From: Acidimicrobiia bacterium
GTDB taxonomy: Bacteria; Actinomycetota; Acidimicrobiia; IMCC26256; JAENVU01
NCBI GenBank assembly: GCA_046598395.1
Contig: JBKJIQ010000027.1
Coordinates: 51,533 to 115,532, forward strand
DNA: 64,000 nucleotides
Direction of reading: 5' to 3'
The notes beneath the pieces are model-generated. The model ran no database searches and was not told the origin of the DNA. It saw only the letters and a program-made list of their open reading frames with translations. This document shows positions 43,913-52,616 of the stretch, one piece after another (position 1 is the first letter of the stretch; every line of letters starts with the position of its first letter). The position numbers were made by a program, and so were the translations under genes.

Positions 43913-45163
43913 TTGGTCGAGGCCAGTGTGATCGGCGACGCGAGGGTCGTGACCGAGTCGATGCCGGAACTGCGCTCGGTGGCCGTCGGCTTCTGGGTCG
44001 GTACCGGCGCCGTCGACGAAGACGACACGCAGTTCGGCGCAAGTCACTTCCTCGAGCACCTGCTCTTCAAGGGATCTGAGCAGCGGAGCGCAGCAGAAAT
44101 CGCCAGCGCCATCGAATCCGTGGGCGGCGACATGAACGCTTTCACCACCCAGGAGTACACGGCCTTCTACGTGCGGGTCCCCGAAGATCACCTTGGGCTT
44201 GCGCTCGACATCCTGGCGGACGTGGTCTGGACCCCGGCATTTCGTCCCGACGAAGTTGAGTCCGAGCGACGGGTGATCCTCGAAGAGATCGGGATGCGCG
44301 ACGACGCGCCTGACGACGTGGTTCACGAACTTGCCAACGAGGCGTTGTTCACGGGTCATCCGCTCGGACGGTCGGTGCTCGGGACTCGCGAGTCGATTGC
44401 CGCCATGAGTCGCGAGACGATCGTGGCGTATCACCGAGCGCACTACTGCCCGAGCAACGTGGTCATCGCAGCGGCCGGGAATCTGGAACATCAGACCGTG
44501 CTCGACCATGTGGCGGCGCGACTTCCCGCCGCCCGTGGCACGCGCCCGGCGCGCGTCACGGTCCCGCAACGCACACCGCTGAGTGTGACCGGTGAGCATC
44601 GTGCGTTGGAACAAGCCCACCTCGTGCTGTCGATGCGGTCGATCGCGCGCGACGACCCGGATCGCTACGCGCTGTCGGTCCTCAATCAGCTGCTCGGTGG
44701 CGGGATGTCGTCTCGGCTGTTTCAAGAGATTCGCGAACGACGCGGCCTTGCGTACTCCGTCTACTCCTACCGTGCGGCCTACGAATCGGTGGGTTCGATG
44801 TCGGTCTACGCGGGTACCGCGCCGGAACGGATCGCCGAGACGCTGCACGTCGTGCGCAACGAGCTGCAACGCCTCGTCGCCGATGGCGTCACTGATGCCG
44901 AAGTCCTCGCGGCCAAGGGTCATCTCAAGGGTTCGACCGCGCTCGCGTTGGAGACGAGTTCGAGTCGGATGCATCGGCTTGGACGCGGGATGCTCACACT
45001 CGGCGAGGTGCCGAGCGTCGACGCGCTGGTTGAGGCCGTGGAAGCGGTGACCCCCAAGGACCTGCGCCGGATCATCGACCGGGTCTTCAACACCGACGAT
45101 CATGTGCTCTCCGTGGTGGGACCGCTGCACGCGGCCGACTTGATTGGTGAGGTCGCAGCCTGA
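43913..45163 (+). CDS. pepR: M16-family zinc peptidase (pitrilysin/insulinase-like)
   Basis: Inverted zinc motif GASHFLEHLLFKG...E. Conserved position after pnp. The start is uncertain (TTG 43913 or GTG 43928). The ORF-track start 43016 runs through the pnp 3' end and a non-coding tandem array, so I rejected it. Confidence 0.85.
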   Translation: MVEASVIGDARVVTESMPELRSVAVGFWVGTGAVDEDDTQFGASHFLEHLLFKGSEQRSAAEIASAIESVGGDMNAFTTQEYTAFYVRVPEDHLGLALDILADVVWTPAFRPDEVESERRVILEEIGMRDDAPDDVVHELANEALFTGHPLGRSVLGTRESIAAMSRETIVAYHRAHYCPSNVVIAAAGNLEHQTVLDHVAARLPAARGTRPARVTVPQRTPLSVTGEHRALEQAHLVLSMRSIARDDPDRYALSVLNQLLGGGMSSRLFQEIRERRGLAYSVYSYRAAYESVGSMSVYAGTAPERIAETLHVVRNELQRLVADGVTDAEVLAAKGHLKGSTALALETSSSRMHRLGRGMLTLGEVPSVDALVEAVEAVTPKDLRRIIDRVFNTDDHVLSVVGPLHAADLIGEVAA

Positions 45164-45240
45164 GCAGCGTGGTGGGTCGACAGTCGCGAACGACGGTCGA
45201 GAACGATGGTGGGGTCGTCCGGCGTCGGTAGTGTTCCGGG

Positions 45241-46017
45241 ATGATTCGGGTTGGGGTGTTCGGAGCCGGTGGTCGGATGGGCGCGACGATCTGTGCCGCC
45301 GTCGGTGCGGCCGACGATCTCGCGCTGGTCGCGGCCGTGGATCCGTTCCGGGCCGGCGCAACCGTCGAGGGCGCCGATCTGGTGATCGCAGCCGATGCGG
45401 CGGCACTGCTCGACGCGGGTGCGCAGGTCGCGATCGATTTCACCGTCCTCGACGCGGCCCGAGAAAATCTCCGGTGGTGTGCGGCGCACGATGTTCATGC
45501 TGTGGTCGGCACCACGGGCTTCTCCACCGATGACCTCGACGAGTTCGCTCAGTTGTTCTCTCACGCGAGCGCCAACGCGCTGATCGCGGCGAACTTCGCG
45601 ATCGGCGCAGTGTTGATGATGCGCTTCGCCGAACTTGCGGCACCGTGGTTCGAGACCGCCGAGATCATCGAGTTCCATCACGACCAGAAAGTCGACGCAC
45701 CGTCGGGTACCGCGATGACCACGGCCCGCCGAATGACGGCCGCTTCGAAGGACTGGGCTACTGATCCCACGAAGACCGTGGTCGCCGAAGGCGCACGGGG
45801 CGGCTTGGCCGAGGGCGCGATCCGGGTGCACTCGGTGCGCATGCGTGGGATGATCGCCAGTCAAGAGGTGATTCTCGGAACCACGGGACAGTCGCTCACG
45901 ATCCGTCACGACACCTTCGATCGGTCGTCGTTCATGCCGGGGGTCATGCTCGGAGTGCGCCGGGTGGCCGAGTGTCCCGGACTGACGCTCGGCCTCGAAA
46001 CCTTGCTCGACGGGTGA
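45241..46017 (+). CDS. dapB: 4-hydroxy-tetrahydrodipicolinate reductase
   Basis: MIRVGVFGAGGRMG Rossmann N-terminus and EIIEFHHDQKVDAPSGTA. Confidence 0.95.
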   Translation: MIRVGVFGAGGRMGATICAAVGAADDLALVAAVDPFRAGATVEGADLVIAADAAALLDAGAQVAIDFTVLDAARENLRWCAAHDVHAVVGTTGFSTDDLDEFAQLFSHASANALIAANFAIGAVLMMRFAELAAPWFETAEIIEFHHDQKVDAPSGTAMTTARRMTAASKDWATDPTKTVVAEGARGGLAEGAIRVHSVRMRGMIASQEVILGTTGQSLTIRHDTFDRSSFMPGVMLGVRRVAECPGLTLGLETLLDG

Positions 46018-46634
46018 GCGCCGGAGATGTCGCGCTCCGCGAGCGAGTGCTCGAAGGGGCGTACGAGTGTGTGGCGCGTTTCGGGATCGCCAAGACCACG
46101 ATCGAAGACGTTGTCAAAGAATCGGGTGTTTCTCGTGCTTCGGTCTATCGGGCATTCCCCGGCGGGAAAGACGAGTTGTTGCGGGCGGCCGTCGGCTGGG
46201 AGATGGGTCGGTTCTTCGGCCGCCTCGCGGAGGCGGTGGCCGACGCCCCGGACTTCGCATCGTTGGTAGAGCGCGGCCTGATCTACGCGCACTCCGCAGT
46301 CCACGGACACCAGGTCCTGCAGACGGTCCTCATCACCGAACCAGAAAAGTTGCTGCCGCTCCTCACCACCGAGCAAGAGCGGCCGTTGCGGTTCATCACC
46401 GAGTTTCTGCTCCCGTATCTGGAGCGTGAGCGGACGGGCGGGAGCGTGCTCGACGGCGTCGACCTCGAAGAGTCAGCCGACTTTGTCGCCCGCATGATCC
46501 TCTCGCTCATCGGCTCGCACGGCGACTGGAACCTCGACGAACCTTCCGAGGTCGCCACCCTCGTCCGCACACAGCTTCTCGCTGGCGTGCTCACGCCGGA
46601 GGCGCTCGCTGACGTCGGCGAGGCCCCGTCCTAG
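46014..46634 (+). CDS. TetR-family transcriptional regulator
   Basis: HTH ARFGIAKTTIEDVVKESGVSRASVYRAFPGGKDELL. GTG 46014 overlaps the dapB stop (GTGA). The ORF-track start is 45972. Confidence 0.8.
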   Translation: MSAGDVALRERVLEGAYECVARFGIAKTTIEDVVKESGVSRASVYRAFPGGKDELLRAAVGWEMGRFFGRLAEAVADAPDFASLVERGLIYAHSAVHGHQVLQTVLITEPEKLLPLLTTEQERPLRFITEFLLPYLERERTGGSVLDGVDLEESADFVARMILSLIGSHGDWNLDEPSEVATLVRTQLLAGVLTPEALADVGEAPS

Positions 46635-46650
46635 CGAGTGGGCCCACGGC

Positions 46651-47412
46651 TCACATTCGCGTGAGCGCCACCATCACGTAGTTCCACTTCCATTTGCGCA
46701 AGGGACCGACCGCGGTGCGCTCGATGGCGCGCCCCCAGCTATCGAGCCCGGCGCTGTAGCAGTATGAGTCGATTCCTCGCGTGCGGAAACCGTGTTTCGC
46801 GGTCAGCGCGAGCAACTCGTCGAGCTCGAACTCGTGGGTGTGGGTGCACAAGGGGGTGATGTAGCGGTCAGGGTCCGACATCGCCCCTCTGGCCCGGCCG
46901 CGGACGAGCACCCTGCGCACCGCCTTGGGGAAGCGCAGCGGCAGCAGCCCGAGCGCGATGCCATCGCGGTCGGTGCCGAGGAGCAGTCGGCCGTTCGGCG
47001 CGAGCACCCGCCGGAACTCCTGGAGCGCGCGCTCGGGCTGATAGAGATGCTCGATAATGTCGAGCGCGGTGACGACGTCGAAGGTTTCGGCTTCGTAAGG
47101 GAGCGCGTCGGCGGATCCGCGCACCACCGACACCGCCGCCCGCTGCGCGGTCGCAGTGACCATCGACTCGGCGAAGTCGATCGCCTGCACCCGCGCGCCG
47201 GCCTCCTTGGCGACCCTCGAGAACGTTCCGTCGCCGGATCCGACGTCGAGGAGGCGGGTGCCGGGAAGGGGCCCCGCGAGGCGTCGGAACGCCGCGATCT
47301 TCTGGTCCCCGAGTCCGTCGTCGTACCGATTGGCGAACGCCTGGGCGTGGCGCGGGCTGTAGTCGGAGGACGTGAAGGGCGTGCCGTCGGGCTTGGTCTC
47401 GAAGTGGGTCAT
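46651..47412 (-). CDS. Class I SAM-dependent methyltransferase
   Basis: RLLDVGSGDGTFSR motif I, AIDFAESMV and LAPNGRLLL. Confidence 0.8.
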   Translation of the reverse strand: MTHFETKPDGTPFTSSDYSPRHAQAFANRYDDGLGDQKIAAFRRLAGPLPGTRLLDVGSGDGTFSRVAKEAGARVQAIDFAESMVTATAQRAAVSVVRGSADALPYEAETFDVVTALDIIEHLYQPERALQEFRRVLAPNGRLLLGTDRDGIALGLLPLRFPKAVRRVLVRGRARGAMSDPDRYITPLCTHTHEFELDELLALTAKHGFRTRGIDSYCYSAGLDSWGRAIERTAVGPLRKWKWNYVMVALTRM

Positions 47413-47530
47413 GGATTCACTCGTCCCGTCGGCCGGCGCGCGTCAGGCGGGACTGTAGCTGTGACCACCGGGGACGGCGTCGGTAACGAAGGCGTCGGCG
47501 TCCCCCGGCCCGACGGTGACGTGGGACACG

Positions 47531-47571
47531 TTGACTATAAGACGCTTTTCGCCTTAACGTCTCAGGTCATG
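47531..47571 (+). promoter_or_regulatory. Candidate promoter plus operator of the TetR-diiron operon
   Basis: TTGACT (47531-47536), an 18-nt spacer, then TAACGT (47555-47560), only 8 nt before the ATG (near-leaderless). Imperfect inverted repeat TGACTATAAGACG ... CGTCTCAGGTCA spans 47532-47569. Confidence 0.4.
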
Positions 47572-48174
47572 CCCGTCACAACCATCGATCGACGCGACCC
47601 TGCGATCGACAAGCTCGGCGCGCAGATCCTCGACGCCACCATGATCTGTCTGTCGCGTGTTGGAGTGGCCAAGTCCACGATCGACGACGTAGCGCGCGAA
47701 GCCGGCTGCTCGCGCGCCACCGTCTACCGCTACTTCACGAACCGCCACGCGCTCGTCGCTGCCGCAGTCGACCGAGAGGTCGCAGTGCTGACCGCCGCAG
47801 TCACCGAAGCCGCACGCGCCGCCGACGATCTCGAAGATGCCGTCACCGCGATGTTCGTTGCCGCGGCTCGGGTGATCGTGACGCACACCGCGCTCCAGCG
47901 TGCGCTCGACCTCGAGCCCGAGATGGTGCTGCCCGCCTTGTCGTTCGAAGGCGGCGACCGAATGTTTGCCGAATCGGTTCGCCGGTTCACGCCGGTGTTT
48001 GCACGGTTCCTTTCCGTGGACCGCGCGCCCCGCGCGGCGGAATGGAGCACGCGGGTGTTGCTCGCGTATCTGCACCCGGACCGCGCACCCTTCGTGATGA
48101 CCGACCCGGCTGCGGCTCGCACCCTCGTCCGTCGTCATGTGCTCCCAGCGTTTCCCTCCCATCCCACCCACTGA
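47569..48174 (+). CDS. TetR-family transcriptional regulator
   Basis: HTH SRVGVAKSTIDDVAREAGCSRATVYRYFTNRHALV. Start trimmed to ATG 47569. Confidence 0.85.
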   Translation: MPVTTIDRRDPAIDKLGAQILDATMICLSRVGVAKSTIDDVAREAGCSRATVYRYFTNRHALVAAAVDREVAVLTAAVTEAARAADDLEDAVTAMFVAAARVIVTHTALQRALDLEPEMVLPALSFEGGDRMFAESVRRFTPVFARFLSVDRAPRAAEWSTRVLLAYLHPDRAPFVMTDPAAARTLVRRHVLPAFPSHPTH

Positions 48175-48186
48175 AGAGGTCGTCCC

Positions 48187-49311
48187 ATGACAACGAACTA
48201 CGAGATGATCGGCCGCGAGGACATCAACGACCTCGAAGCGATCCTGTCCATCAGCAACTCGGATGTCGACGCGATTGTGCATACGGTGAAGGCCGAGGCA
48301 GATGCCCTGTTCACGTGGGACTACTCCCGCTCCCGTCCGGCGCTGATCAAGCTCTACGAGAAGGCGAAGACCTCCCAATGGAACGCCGAGACCGACCTCG
48401 ACTGGTCGATTGAGGTGGACCAGGCCGCGGTCGCGGTGGCGAACCAGGAAAAGATGAACGGAGGCGCGGTCTTCGGCGAGAACGTAGAACTCAGGGGCAC
48501 CGTCTTTTCTACCTGGACCGAAGACCAGTGGATCCAGCTTGGCATCGAGATGCAGAACTGGAGCCTCTCGCAGTTCATGCACGGTGAGCAGGGTGCGTTG
48601 ATCTGTACCGCGCAGATCGTGGAGACGGTCCCGTGGATCGACGCCAAGTACTACGCCGCGACGCAGGTGATGGATGAAGCGCGCCACGTGGAGGTGTTCG
48701 CGAAATATCTCGACACCAAGCTCTCGGGTCACTATCCCGTCAATGCCCATCTGCGGATGTTGCTCGACGACATCATCGCGGATTCCCGCTGGGACATGAC
48801 CTACCTCGGCATGCAGATCATGGTGGAAGGTCTCGCACTTGCCGCATTCGGATTCATGCACCAGATGACGACCGAGCCGCTCCTGAAGAAGCTGCTCCGT
48901 TACGTGATGAGCGACGAAGCCCGCCACGTGGCGTTCGGCGTGCTCTCCCTCCAGGAGTTCTACAAGGAGCTCGACTCGAAAGAGATCCGTGAGCGCCAGG
49001 AGTTTGCGTTCGAGGCCGCGGTGCGCATGCGCGATCGTTTTCTCCAGCAAGAGGTATGGGAGCGGATGGGGGTCGACGTGAAGGAAGCGCTCACGCTCGT
49101 ACTCCAGGACCCCAATCGCAAAGAGTTCCAAAACATCTTGTTCTCGAAGATCGTCCCGAACTGCAAGAAGCTTGGTCTGCTCGACGCCGGCGATGGCTGG
49201 TTGCGGGACCGATTTACGGACCTCGGCGTGATTCAGTTCGAAGACTGGGCCGATACCGAGACGGAGTACGCGGACCTCGATGAGGTTGCGCGCGATCGCG
49301 CGACCGCATAA
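48187..49311 (+). CDS. Ferritin-like diiron-carboxylate protein (R2/AurF-like oxygenase superfamily), function unknown
   Basis: Four-helix ligand pattern E...EXXH...E...EXXH: HGEQGAL, MDEARHVEVF, MVEGLAL, SDEARHVAFG. Starts 12 nt after the TetR gene. Confidence 0.7.
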   Translation: MTTNYEMIGREDINDLEAILSISNSDVDAIVHTVKAEADALFTWDYSRSRPALIKLYEKAKTSQWNAETDLDWSIEVDQAAVAVANQEKMNGGAVFGENVELRGTVFSTWTEDQWIQLGIEMQNWSLSQFMHGEQGALICTAQIVETVPWIDAKYYAATQVMDEARHVEVFAKYLDTKLSGHYPVNAHLRMLLDDIIADSRWDMTYLGMQIMVEGLALAAFGFMHQMTTEPLLKKLLRYVMSDEARHVAFGVLSLQEFYKELDSKEIRERQEFAFEAAVRMRDRFLQQEVWERMGVDVKEALTLVLQDPNRKEFQNILFSKIVPNCKKLGLLDAGDGWLRDRFTDLGVIQFEDWADTETEYADLDEVARDRATA

Positions 49312-49321
49312 ACCGTCGGGC

Positions 49322-50602
49322 ATGACCCAATCGCAACGGTTCCCGTACTTGGCGCTCGGCGCGGCGGTCGCGATCGGGCTCACGGGCGTGATGGGAGCGA
49401 CCGCGCTCGCGAGTTCAGGACTCGCGGGAGCGGTCGCGGACGTTTCGCCGTGGCTTTCACGGCGCCCGCTCAACATCGCCCACGCAGGTGGCGACCTCGA
49501 GTCGCCGCACGAGACGATGTACGCGTACGAGGAGGCCGTGGCCGCGGGCGCCGACATGCTCGAGATGGACCTGCGGCTCAGCTCGGATCGCCAGCTCATG
49601 GTGATCCATGACGACACCCTTGATCGCACCACGGGTGCCACGGGTCTCGTGCGAGACCGGACTGCCGCACAACTCCAGGCGCTCGACAATGCCTACTGGT
49701 TCGTCCCGAACTGTTGGAGTTGTCACGACCGTGCCGATTCCGAATATTCGTTGCGTGGTATCCGGACCGGCCAGCGTGCCGCGCCCGTAGGCCACACTGC
49801 GGATGACTTCGCGATCCCGACCTTCCGCCAGGTCCTCGATCGATTTCCGGACCGGTTGCTCGATGTGGAGATCAAGGACGGTCCCGATGGCATGGCCGCG
49901 GCCGAGGCCCTCGCCGGAGTGTTGACCGGAACCGCACGCGGCGCCCGCATCGTCGTGGTCTCCTTTGACGACACGATCCTCGCCCATTTTCGCGAACTGG
50001 CACCCGATATCGCCACGAGCCCCGGCCTCAGCGCGACCACCGACTGGTTCCTCGGTACGCGGGGCCCACTGCCGGGGAACGCCGCGCTCCAGGTGCCGCC
50101 CGTGTACTCGGGGATCACGGTGGTATCGCAGCAATTTGTCGATGACGCGCACGCCGTGCATCTCGGCGTCTGGGTGTGGTTCAACGGTAACGACGACGAC
50201 GTTGCCTCGGAATGGAACCGGCTGCTCGACCTCGGAGTCGATGGGCTGATCACCGGGAAGCCGCGGCAGTTGCAAGCCGTCCTCGACGCGCGTGATGGAG
50301 CGTTCCGCACTCCAATGACTGTCGGTCCCGCGCTGCGAGTTCATCATCACCGCGCTTCGGTCGTCGTGACCTGTCCTGCGCTCATCGCGGATAGATGTTT
50401 TGCGCTCCTCGGTGTGTGGGCGGGTACGGACCCGGTGGGAGGTGCGCTCATCGACCTGGCGGCGGGTGAGCGCCGGCGGATTCGCATCTTGGGCGACGAG
50501 CAGCGCTGGTACCACCTGGCCCGCCGTGGCCTGTCGTTTCAGGTCTGGCGGGCCAACGACGACACCGCGTCGTCCGCTGGCCGGCTCGTTATCGCGCGCT
50601 GA
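49322..50602 (+). CDS. Secreted glycerophosphodiester phosphodiesterase-family protein with extra C-terminal domain
   Basis: Signal-like YLALGAAVAIGLTGVMGATALASSG. GDPD motifs NIAHAGG...ESPHET...MLEMDLRLSSDRQLMVIHDDTLDRTT. Start set to ATG 49322. Confidence 0.85.
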   Translation: MTQSQRFPYLALGAAVAIGLTGVMGATALASSGLAGAVADVSPWLSRRPLNIAHAGGDLESPHETMYAYEEAVAAGADMLEMDLRLSSDRQLMVIHDDTLDRTTGATGLVRDRTAAQLQALDNAYWFVPNCWSCHDRADSEYSLRGIRTGQRAAPVGHTADDFAIPTFRQVLDRFPDRLLDVEIKDGPDGMAAAEALAGVLTGTARGARIVVVSFDDTILAHFRELAPDIATSPGLSATTDWFLGTRGPLPGNAALQVPPVYSGITVVSQQFVDDAHAVHLGVWVWFNGNDDDVASEWNRLLDLGVDGLITGKPRQLQAVLDARDGAFRTPMTVGPALRVHHHRASVVVTCPALIADRCFALLGVWAGTDPVGGALIDLAAGERRRIRILGDEQRWYHLARRGLSFQVWRANDDTASSAGRLVIAR

Positions 50603-50630
50603 ACGACCGTATCGGTGGGAGACTGCCGCG

Positions 50631-52616
50631 ATGGCTGTCGTTGATCACATCACCGCGTGTCCGCTCGATTGTCCGGACACGTGCTCGCTGACCGTCACGG
50701 TCACCGACGGGCGGATCACCAAGGTGGATGCCGCACCTGGGAATCCGCTCACGGACGGTTTCATCTGCCAAAAGGTGAAGCATCACGCGCGGCGCGTGTA
50801 CGCACCCGAGCGAGTGATGACTCCGCTGATCCGCGTCGGACCGAAAGGATCGGGCGAGTTCCGCCGCGCGAGTTGGGCGGAGGCGCTCGACCTCATCGTC
50901 GACCGGTTGCGCACCGCAGAGAAAACGACCGGCCCGGAATCGGTCGTGCCGTACACCTACAACTCGTCGGCGCCTGCCCTGCAACACGAGGTCGGGGAGC
51001 GGTTCTGGCGGCGCTTCGGTGCGAGTCGCGTCCACCACACCGTGTGCGCGGCCACCTACACCGTCGCCTACTACTCCCTGTTCGGGAGCATGCTCTCGGC
51101 CGATCCGCGCGACGTGATCCACTCGCGGCTCATCGTGATCTGGGGCGCGAACCCGACGGTGTCGAACACGCACTTTCCACCGCTCGTGACCCGCGCGCAA
51201 CGTGAGTTCGGGGCGAAGGTGGTCGTCGTCGATCCGCGTGCGACTGCGATGGCGAAGCGCGCCGATTTGCACCTCGCTGTCCGTCCCGGCACCGACGTCG
51301 TCCTGGCGTTTGCCATCGCCCGCGAGTTGGACCGGCTGGGACTCATCGACCGTGGGTTTGCGGCCGAGCACGCGACCGGCGTCGACGAGTTCCTGGGCGC
51401 GGCCGATGAGTTCCCCCTCGCTCGGGCGACGGATCTCTGCGGTGTCCCGGCCGATGCGATCACCGAGTTGGCCACGATGCTCGGCACGATCCGGCCGGCG
51501 TTGGTGCGCCCCGGATGGGGACTCGAGCGCAATCGCAACGGCGGATCCGCGTGCGCCGCGGTCATGAGCCTCCCGGTGCTCACCGGCCAGTTCGGTGTCC
51601 CCGGCGCTGGGGTCTTGGCGAGTCTCGGGGGGGCGTCGCCGGTCACATGGGATGCTCGTGAGCCCGACACCCCGGTGGACCGGCGCCAGGCCCGCTTCTT
51701 CAACATGAACACCTTCGGCGCGTCGTTGTGCGACGAGGCACTCGACCCGCCGATCCGGGTGCTCTTCGTGCAGGGATCGAACCTGGCCGTGACCAACCCG
51801 GACCAGACCGCGGTACTGCGGGGACTCGCGCGCGAGGACCTCTTCACCATCGTGCACGAACAGGTGATGACCGACACCGCGAGGTATGCCGACGTCGTGC
51901 TCCCGGCGACCACCCACTTCGAGACCCATGACCTCGCGGACTCCTACGGTTCGTTCACCGTTCAGGAACTCCCTCGCGTCATCGATCCGGTCGGGGAGAG
52001 TTGGTCGAACAACGAGTTGGCGGCAGAGCTCGCCCGCCGGATGGGTTACGACCTCACCCGTTTCGACACGTCTCGCGATGCCGTCCTCGCGCGCTGCCTG
52101 CCCGGCGCCGACGCCGCGGCCGAGTCCGCCGTCGAAGCGATCGGGGTCCAACCGACCCGGCCGGATGACGGCACGGTTCAGTTCCGGGACACGTTCCCGC
52201 CCGACGGGCGGGCCCGCCTCGCAAGCCTGCCGGGTCTTGGGGTACCGCGTTACACGGAACTCGACGACCCGTACCCGCTCACACTGCTCACTCCCGCTAC
52301 TCCGAAGACGATCAACTCGATCTTCGGTGAGTTCCAACCCCCAGACGCGGCCGTGCGGATGCACGCGGACGATGCAGCCGGGCGGGGACTGGTCGACGGC
52401 CAGTCGGTGCGCGTGTACAACGACCGCGCGTCGGTTCCCACTGCGGTGCGGGTCGACGCCAGCGTTCGACCAGGCGTCGTGGTGATGCCCAAGGGCTCGT
52501 GGTGCCGGGACTTCGCTGGGGGCCTCACTGCGAACGCACTGGTACCCGACACGCTGTCTGACCTCGCCGGCGGCGCCTGTTTCAACGACACGCGAGTGGA
52601 TGTGCGATCCGACTGA
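50631..52616 (+). CDS. Molybdopterin (bis-MGD) oxidoreductase family protein with N-terminal 4Fe-4S motif
   Basis: CPLDCPDTCSL...CQK cluster motif. Molybdopterin and C-terminal beta-barrel regions (VRMHADDAAGRGLVDGQSVRVYNDRASV). Start set to ATG 50631. Confidence 0.85.
   Translation: MAVVDHITACPLDCPDTCSLTVTVTDGRITKVDAAPGNPLTDGFICQKVKHHARRVYAPERVMTPLIRVGPKGSGEFRRASWAEALDLIVDRLRTAEKTTGPESVVPYTYNSSAPALQHEVGERFWRRFGASRVHHTVCAATYTVAYYSLFGSMLSADPRDVIHSRLIVIWGANPTVSNTHFPPLVTRAQREFGAKVVVVDPRATAMAKRADLHLAVRPGTDVVLAFAIARELDRLGLIDRGFAAEHATGVDEFLGAADEFPLARATDLCGVPADAITELATMLGTIRPALVRPGWGLERNRNGGSACAAVMSLPVLTGQFGVPGAGVLASLGGASPVTWDAREPDTPVDRRQARFFNMNTFGASLCDEALDPPIRVLFVQGSNLAVTNPDQTAVLRGLAREDLFTIVHEQVMTDTARYADVVLPATTHFETHDLADSYGSFTVQELPRVIDPVGESWSNNELAAELARRMGYDLTRFDTSRDAVLARCLPGADAAAESAVEAIGVQPTRPDDGTVQFRDTFPPDGRARLASLPGLGVPRYTELDDPYPLTLLTPATPKTINSIFGEFQPPDAAVRMHADDAAGRGLVDGQSVRVYNDRASVPTAVRVDASVRPGVVVMPKGSWCRDFAGGLTANALVPDTLSDLAGGACFNDTRVDVRSD

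Noticed and set aside
46640-46649. Perfect 10-bp palindrome GTGGGCCCAC between the convergent TetR and methyltransferase genes
   Set aside because: It is too short, has no loop and has no U-tract, so it cannot be called a terminator. It is likely a chance GC-rich palindrome.
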